NCBI GenBank assembly: GCA_028866655.1 | Contig: JAGWHQ010000004.1 | Span: forward strand, 7,674-71,673 | Direction of reading: 5' to 3' | Origin: Nitrososphaerota archaeon | GTDB lineage: Archaea; Thermoproteota; Nitrososphaeria; Nitrososphaerales; Nitrosopumilaceae | Length of the DNA: 64,000 nt | In this document: positions 58,078 to 64,000 of the stretch, piece after piece | Numbering within the stretch: position 1 is the stretch's first letter | Layout of the letters: the number at the start of each line of letters is the position of its first letter | The notes under the pieces: model-generated | What the model saw: the letters and a program-made list of their open reading frames with translations, nothing else | Databases searched by the model: none | What the model was told of the DNA's origin: nothing | Made by a program: the position numbers and the translations under genes

Positions 58078-59319
58078 GTGGATAGAGAAGAAACGATGGT
58101 GTGTGGGTTCATGACAAAAGATCCAATTGATAAATTATTAGATGATGCACAAAGTGGCAAGTCATTATTTAAAAATCGTGAAGTCCTACATTTTACATTT
58201 ATTCCTGATGTAATTTTACACCGCGAGGACGAACAAAAAAAGGTCACCCAATCACTATTACCATTATTAAAAAAATCACGTCCTTCCAATCTACTAGTTT
58301 ACGGAAAACCAGGTACAGGAAAGACATTGGTAGTAAAGAAAGTTCTTGGTAAGATACAAGAACGAGTAAAGGATAACTCTTTTCCAATTCAATTGCTTTA
58401 TGCTAACGCAAAAGAAGAGACTACTCTCTATGGATTACTAGTAAAATTAGGCAGACAATTGGGTCTTACATCCCAAAAGGAACTACCTTCTACAGGGCTT
58501 TCAATTAGTGAAGTATTCAATCGTATTATTGCAGTAATTGAGAAGAATGAGCTAAACACAGTGTTCGTAATTGATGAGATTGATTATCTCGTAGAACTTG
58601 TCTCTAAATCAGGTAAAGATGTATTTTATTCACTAACCAGAGCCAATGAGAGGCTAAAAAAGGGCACATTAACCCTGATAGGAATTTCCAACGATCTCAC
58701 ATTCAAAGAACGCCTAGATCCTAGGGTCCTAAGCAGTCTAAGTGAGGAAGAGGTAATCTTTACCAATTATACCGTCGAACAGATCAACGAAATTCTTGAT
58801 GAGCGTATCAAGGTCGCCTTTGTACCAAATACTGTAGAGCAGGCAGCCCTAAACCTATGCTCTGCCATGTCTGGCCAAGAACATGGGGATGCAAGAAGGG
58901 CAATTGACCTTTTACGTGTTGCAGGTGAGATTGCCGAGCGTGAACAATCTGATACAGTAAAGGAAGACCACATACGAAGAGCCTCTCTTAAGATGGAGGA
59001 AGATAAGGAAACCACTGCATTGAATTCATACCCATTACATGAAAAATTACTCATACTTGCAGTAATGAAGGCAAGCGGAAACACAACTGGTGAGATATAC
59101 CAATCATACAAAAATCTCTGTAAAATTACAAGACAAAAAGAACTAACCCAGCGTAGAATTACACAGATGCTAAGTGAGATAGAAATGACCGGATTAATCA
59201 CAGGAAAAATTGTTCATCAAGGAATGCATGGAAGAACAAAAAAATTCAATCTCACACTAAATGCTGATACTGTAAAAAAAGCATTCAAAGAAGATCTAAC
59301 CTTAGAAGATCTCTTGTAA
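58078..59319 (+). CDS. cdc6: Orc1/Cdc6 replication initiator
   Basis: YGKPGTGKT, VIDEID, GDARRAIDLLR, C-terminal wHTH GRTK; alternative start ATG 58111. Confidence 0.97.
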   Translation: MDREETMVCGFMTKDPIDKLLDDAQSGKSLFKNREVLHFTFIPDVILHREDEQKKVTQSLLPLLKKSRPSNLLVYGKPGTGKTLVVKKVLGKIQERVKDNSFPIQLLYANAKEETTLYGLLVKLGRQLGLTSQKELPSTGLSISEVFNRIIAVIEKNELNTVFVIDEIDYLVELVSKSGKDVFYSLTRANERLKKGTLTLIGISNDLTFKERLDPRVLSSLSEEEVIFTNYTVEQINEILDERIKVAFVPNTVEQAALNLCSAMSGQEHGDARRAIDLLRVAGEIAEREQSDTVKEDHIRRASLKMEEDKETTALNSYPLHEKLLILAVMKASGNTTGEIYQSYKNLCKITRQKELTQRRITQMLSEIEMTGLITGKIVHQGMHGRTKKFNLTLNADTVKKAFKEDLTLEDLL

Positions 59320-59322
59320 ATT

Positions 59323-60756
59323 TTAAAAAGAATTTTCTGTAAAGTCTTTTGTAAAAACCTTCATGGTGGCAAGGTTTACAATAATGGCAATTCCTGGCGT
59401 AGGACTGATTCCAACACTTGTTTGAAATGGGGTCTGGCTTTGCCATGCGCCAGAGTTTACGATCAATGTTCCCTTGTACATGTCAAGCTCAACAACATGG
59501 ATGTGGCCAGAATGTAAAATGTCTGGAACTTCAGATATTACCATCATGTCTTCCAACTCTGGCGCAATCGGAGTTCTCTTGCCATATATCGGACTTAGAT
59601 GCCTAGTTTTTAGCAAAACCCGCATGGCTTTTGCCGGTTGTGCATAGCTCAATCCTGGTGTGCTGCCAACAACATCATCAAGGCTTTGGCCATGGAACAT
59701 CAATATCTTGACGCCATTTAGCTCAAGCAGGGATGGGTTTCCCACCATGAAAAAATTCTCTCTATTCCAGAGGTGCATATTGTGCTTTTCTGGAATTGCT
59801 GGCTGGGGAAGGGCTCTTCTTCCTGGGTCATGGTTTCCTGGAATGATGAAAACCTTGATGTGTTTTGGGATCTTGTCTAAAAGCTCGGCAGCCTTTGCCA
59901 TCTGCTGGTCCACATCTAATAACAAGAGTTCCTTGTCTTGGTTTGGAAAGATACCTATTCCATCAATAATGTCTCCACCCACTAGGACAAATCTGACCTT
60001 TCTTGCTATTGGATCAGGGCTTGAAAGCCATGAAACAAACTCTGTAAACTCTTTTTCCATAAAGAATTTGCTTCCCACATGCAAATCCGAAATGAAGACA
60101 GCATAAGTTTCAGTCTTTGAACGATTTGCTATGTGTTCAGGTATATCTGGAACAAGGATTTCTTTAACAAAAAATCCACCATTCTTCCCACTTGCAATTG
60201 ATACCATAACAAACTGATCAATTTGCAGAGAATTTGCGGTTTCCTGTATCTCTTTATTGAAAATTAACAATTCTATTGAGCCTGAGGGATCGTCTATGAC
60301 CAACTTTGTGACATCCCTGTCTATTCTTCTATCCATCAACAGACCTGCGATGTATATCTCATCATCTAGCTTACCATTTGTCACATTTGAAATGGGAGTT
60401 AGTTTCTTTGACTGTGAACGCTGCATCATGATTTTAAGCAATTTTGCGTATCTGTCTTTGAATAAGGCATGAAAACCCTCAATTCCTTCTGCAGATGTAA
60501 CCTTTTTCGTAGGATCAAACAAAATCACATGATTATTTTCAATACTGTCGTCTATTTCTGATTCTACAAACATTTTGAGATCACTTTGATTAATCAAAAA
60601 CATATTTTGTTTAGCTTTTTCTCGAACTACTTGTTTGATTATGTTCTGGAGTTCTTTAACATCAATTTTTTCTAATATTTTAAACGCATCAGGATGAATC
60701 TGAAATCCTTTACTTAGTGCATAAGTTATGGCAGAGGAAACTTCTTCTTTCAACAA
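59323..60756 (-). CDS. polB: DNA polymerase D small subunit DP1 (proofreading exonuclease)
   Basis: SDLHVGS, GDIIDG, PGNHD, FHGQSLD, HSGHIH, NSGAWQ. Confidence 0.95.
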   Translation of the reverse strand: MLKEEVSSAITYALSKGFQIHPDAFKILEKIDVKELQNIIKQVVREKAKQNMFLINQSDLKMFVESEIDDSIENNHVILFDPTKKVTSAEGIEGFHALFKDRYAKLLKIMMQRSQSKKLTPISNVTNGKLDDEIYIAGLLMDRRIDRDVTKLVIDDPSGSIELLIFNKEIQETANSLQIDQFVMVSIASGKNGGFFVKEILVPDIPEHIANRSKTETYAVFISDLHVGSKFFMEKEFTEFVSWLSSPDPIARKVRFVLVGGDIIDGIGIFPNQDKELLLLDVDQQMAKAAELLDKIPKHIKVFIIPGNHDPGRRALPQPAIPEKHNMHLWNRENFFMVGNPSLLELNGVKILMFHGQSLDDVVGSTPGLSYAQPAKAMRVLLKTRHLSPIYGKRTPIAPELEDMMVISEVPDILHSGHIHVVELDMYKGTLIVNSGAWQSQTPFQTSVGISPTPGIAIIVNLATMKVFTKDFTENSF

Positions 60757-60831
60757 GGTCTCATAATACGACTTTTAATTAAATCTGATCCAACCACCAA
60801 CCTCAAATATAGTTCTCTTAAAACTGGGGTA

Positions 60832-61374
60832 TTGTTCAGTAAACCGAGAGTTCTAGTATTTCTTATTTTCATTATGATTTTTTCTTTATCTTATTTAATC
60901 GGAACTCAAAGCAAATTATCTAATGACGAATCACAAACATTTCTCAAAGAATTTCAAAAAGTAGTTCAAGGTATTGATGCTATAGGAATTTTTGAACACA
61001 ATGCGTCAGTTGCACTACCCATGTTTATCCCAGGTGCAGGACTAGCTTGGGGTACATTTGCAGCTTGGTCAACAGGGGTTGCGTTTGAGGCTCTAGTAAC
61101 AACAACCCCAACACTTGCAAAAGTTCCTCCATTGGCATTGCTTTACTTGTCTCCCTTTGGCATAATGGAGCTTACAGCCTATTCAATTGGAATGTCAAGA
61201 AGCCTTTTGCTTATAGTTGTAATAGTAAGAAAAAAATCTCTAAGAACTGAACTACGTCATACTGCTATAGAAATAGGAATTGTCTTGGCTCTTCTGCTTG
61301 CTGGAGGATTCATTGAATATTATATGATTCAACAATTTGGATCAAATGTAATTCATCCAAAAACTAGTCTGTAA
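60832..61374 (+). CDS. SpoIIM-family membrane protein
   Basis: IFEHN, PFGIMEL, LLLAGGFIEY. Confidence 0.8.
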   Translation: MFSKPRVLVFLIFIMIFSLSYLIGTQSKLSNDESQTFLKEFQKVVQGIDAIGIFEHNASVALPMFIPGAGLAWGTFAAWSTGVAFEALVTTTPTLAKVPPLALLYLSPFGIMELTAYSIGMSRSLLLIVVIVRKKSLRTELRHTAIEIGIVLALLLAGGFIEYYMIQQFGSNVIHPKTSL

Positions 61375-61443
61375 AGACAATTAACCGGGAATTGCCTAAT
61401 TGTGTGATAAATTATACCCAGTAATTAAATATACAATAAGGGG

Positions 61444-63135
61444 TTGGATAATCTAATGAAATACGTATTTCTGTTTCTAATGATAATTGCAGGACTTGTT
61501 GCTACTACAATGTATTTACCTAATGCCTATTCTGATTTCTCATCTAATGGAAAATACTTGATTGATGCTTCAGGTTATCTTTCAGGAAACAAAACCATTT
61601 TTGATTCAAATATCGCTTTACAGATTACAGCAGGAGCTAACAATGGTACCAGCATGCAAGCCACACTTGATAATGGCCTTGTTACTATAGCAAATACACA
61701 ATATCTTAATTCTGGATTATGGCAAGTCGCAATCTTACGAGATAACAAGTATTTTGTAATACAAGGCAATGCGCAGGATGAAAACGGAAACACAGTTCAT
61801 CTCAATTTGTTTGGAAGAATAATTGGTAGCAACCAAGATGGTTCTGTTTTTACCATATCAGGAAAGATAACTGGATCTGAAACTATGAAAGCAAGTTACA
61901 GCGCTAAAGTATTATCTGCAGGTACTGTAACCACAAAACCGATTACATCAACTACCACACCGACTCAGCCCCCATCATCTAAAATAGTGAACATAAGCAT
62001 TCTACAAGGTGCATCTAATATCAACAACCAAGTCCACTATTCACCATCAAATGTACAGGTAGCTCTTGGTACCACCATAGTATGGACCAACAATGATTTG
62101 GTTCCACATAGAATAATGAGTGGTGTGGCATCTGCAATAACCACTAATCAATCATCTACTACACTTATTTCTGATGGCAAGATTGACAGCGGTGTAATAG
62201 CCCCAGGCCAGTCATTCCAGTATACAATAACTAGTTTTGATACTACTCAATCACTAGATCCTAGGGTTGCAGCACGTTACAACATTCCACAAGATGAAAC
62301 AGTAGGTGACATTACCTTCTTTGATCCCACTTACCAATTCATGGTGGGAATAATTGCACCACTCTCACAATCATCAACTATGCAAACACAAACAGCTCAA
62401 ATGACCATACTTAACGGCGCATCAAATTCTAGTAACATACAATTCCTTGCACCATCATCACTCCAAATTACACCAGGTACAGTTGTAGTATGGACCAACA
62501 ATGATTTGGTTCCACATAGCATAATGAGTGGCCAGTTAATATCAACAACAGAAAGTGCTGGAGGAAAAGGTGCTGCTGGAAAAACAGTTAGTCCTCACTT
62601 TATTTCAGATGGAAATATTAACAGTGGTCCCATTGCTCCAGGCCAAAGTTATCAAACTACTTTTAGCAGAACTGGTTCTACACAAATCTTTGATCCAACA
62701 TATACATGGATAAATGGAATTATCATCTCATCACCTGCAAGCACAACTCAAATTGCTCCAGTCAAAATTAGTATAAACCCAGGCTCATCATCAGCAAAGG
62801 GAAGTGCAACTCAACAGACGTATAATCAATACAATACATACTATACACCAGATACTATACAGATAGTTCCTGGCACTCCTATTATTTGGACTAATAATGA
62901 TTCTATAGCCCATACCATTTACAGTGGTGTTAGTACACAAAAAAATACCAATCCATTTACTCCTGATGGAAAAATAGTAAGTGGTACCATAGCTCCAGGA
63001 CAAACATTCACGGTTATTGTAAATGATACTGGAATTGTTAGATTCTATGATCCACAGTACACTTGGATGAATGGCGTGATAATTTCAATGCCACCAACTT
63101 CGTCATATGTAATTGGCAACACCCCACCTCAATAA
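61444..63135 (+). CDS. Exported protein with three cupredoxin-like repeats lacking the type-1 copper Cys/His
   Basis: Three WTNND..H..SG...SG.IAPGQ.F repeats each ending DP.Y..(M/I).G; no Cys seen in the translation. Confidence 0.8.
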   Translation: MDNLMKYVFLFLMIIAGLVATTMYLPNAYSDFSSNGKYLIDASGYLSGNKTIFDSNIALQITAGANNGTSMQATLDNGLVTIANTQYLNSGLWQVAILRDNKYFVIQGNAQDENGNTVHLNLFGRIIGSNQDGSVFTISGKITGSETMKASYSAKVLSAGTVTTKPITSTTTPTQPPSSKIVNISILQGASNINNQVHYSPSNVQVALGTTIVWTNNDLVPHRIMSGVASAITTNQSSTTLISDGKIDSGVIAPGQSFQYTITSFDTTQSLDPRVAARYNIPQDETVGDITFFDPTYQFMVGIIAPLSQSSTMQTQTAQMTILNGASNSSNIQFLAPSSLQITPGTVVVWTNNDLVPHSIMSGQLISTTESAGGKGAAGKTVSPHFISDGNINSGPIAPGQSYQTTFSRTGSTQIFDPTYTWINGIIISSPASTTQIAPVKISINPGSSSAKGSATQQTYNQYNTYYTPDTIQIVPGTPIIWTNNDSIAHTIYSGVSTQKNTNPFTPDGKIVSGTIAPGQTFTVIVNDTGIVRFYDPQYTWMNGVIISMPPTSSYVIGNTPPQ

Positions 63136-63156
63136 CTAACTCTAATCTTCATTAAA

Positions 63157-63858
63157 TTATTTGAAATTAATGTATGATTCTAGCTTTGTTTGATCAAAGA
63201 CCATTACAGAGAGATCAGAGAATTGTTTTCCTTCCAAATCTTTTACCTTGCCAATAAAATGTGTCTCTTTCTCAGTAGTTAGAAATTCAAAGACATGTAC
63301 CTTCATCTTCGAAGTGTCAAAGCCATGATCTTTTAGATATATTGCTATCTCTGATTGCATAAAGTGCTTGGATGGTTCTTTTGGCCAAGGTCTTGGTACA
63401 AGTATTACACTAAATCCATCAATGAGTGCCTTTTGAAGCTCAAGTTTCTTTTCCTCTATGCTTGTGGAAATATGCATAGTAATGACCTTGCTCTTGTCTG
63501 TTGGTACTTTTGCTTTTGATGCAGCAACCTGCGTGGAACTAATTCCTGGAATAATCTGCACATCACCAAATATCTCAATTAACCTGTCTACAACTTCTGA
63601 TTCTGAGAAATTTACATCTCCTGTAAAAGGAACAACACATGTCTTATTTCCCAAAGTCTTTGAGACCTTTTGATATGCCTCTTCCTGATCTTTCATAGTA
63701 ATTTCATGTATCTCTTTATTTTTCAAGAGGGTTTCTATTGTTCTGAGCGTGTACTTGTAGCCAATAACAATATCCGAATTTAGTACTATTTCTTTTACTA
63801 TCTCAGTTACATATTTTGGTGATCCTGGTCCAACACCAACAGCATAGACCTTTCCCAT
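63157..63858 (-). CDS. cbiE: Precorrin-6Y/cobalt-precorrin-7 C5-methyltransferase
   Basis: VGVGPGSPKY, TGDVNFS, IPGISSTQVAAS; start probably ATG 63858. Confidence 0.8.
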   Translation of the reverse strand: MGKVYAVGVGPGSPKYVTEIVKEIVLNSDIVIGYKYTLRTIETLLKNKEIHEITMKDQEEAYQKVSKTLGNKTCVVPFTGDVNFSESEVVDRLIEIFGDVQIIPGISSTQVAASKAKVPTDKSKVITMHISTSIEEKKLELQKALIDGFSVILVPRPWPKEPSKHFMQSEIAIYLKDHGFDTSKMKVHVFEFLTTEKETHFIGKVKDLEGKQFSDLSVMVFDQTKLESYINFK

Positions 63859-63908
63859 AAATGCAGTTTTGTAATGTTCAATATATTTCAGCAATGCAGA
63901 ATTCTATT

Positions 63909-64000
63909 TTACCAAACATCGTCAACTTCATCAAGTTCTTTGAATTCCTCAACAGGCTTTTCACGCATTACCTTCAATCGAGCAATGTCTCTATCAAAGA
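63909..64000 (-). CDS. 3' end of an unidentified gene entering from outside the window
   Basis: ...FDRDIARLKVMREKPVEEFKELDEVDDVW* open to the window edge. Confidence 0.5.
   Translation of the reverse strand, partial: FDRDIARLKVMREKPVEEFKELDEVDDVW

Noticed and set aside
58078-63135. Apparent shift to a C-rich plus strand right of the origin
   Set aside because: Visual impression only, confounded by the Thr/Ser/Pro-rich cupredoxin gene; needs a cumulative GC-skew calculation.
713-63673. Many 60-180 aa ORFs antisense to or nested in clear genes (e.g. 1673-2050, 22726-23163, 35476-36027, 48496-48963, 55010-55435, 58767-59201)
   Set aside because: Shadow frames of well-supported genes with no recognisable motifs.
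1-64000. CRISPR arrays, IS elements, integrases, rRNA, inteins
   Set aside because: No regularly spaced repeats, transposase or integrase motifs, rRNA-like tracts or intein signatures were seen.

Overview
AT-rich, mostly housekeeping DNA from an ammonia-oxidising archaeon (Nitrososphaerota/Thaumarchaeota, Nitrosopumilales; Nitrosotalea-like is my inference from gene content and protein style). It contains the probable chromosomal replication origin (ORB boxes at about 57.8-58.0 kb upstream of cdc6, flanked by both PolD subunits). Other content: sulfate assimilation (sat, cysH), preQ0 genes (queC, folE, queE), tfb, an ESCRT-III/CdvB paralogue, tRNA-processing genes (rnz, Trm11-like, thpR, cca), GINS, glnA, thermosome, glyA, GGGP synthase, a cobalamin methyltransferase and tRNA-Pro(GGG). 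No CRISPR array, transposase, integrase or rRNA was seen. The most striking unexplained signal is a pair of homologous ~125-nt intergenic elements (25437-25568 minus, 33881-34024 plus). Each has its own TATA box at identical spacing, a conserved 5' hairpin that doubles as a 9-codon micro-ORF, and a GC-rich three-way junction ending GGGYCACGCCA, which suggests an undescribed structured RNA family. Also notable: an unannotated 36-aa C2H2 zinc finger with its own promoter and operator-like palindrome; a K-loop hairpin RNA candidate; four putative DNA-binding genes plus GTTAAC and GATGTG repeat arrays beside the origin; and a cysteine-free triple cupredoxin. All family assignments come from motif recognition without database searches.
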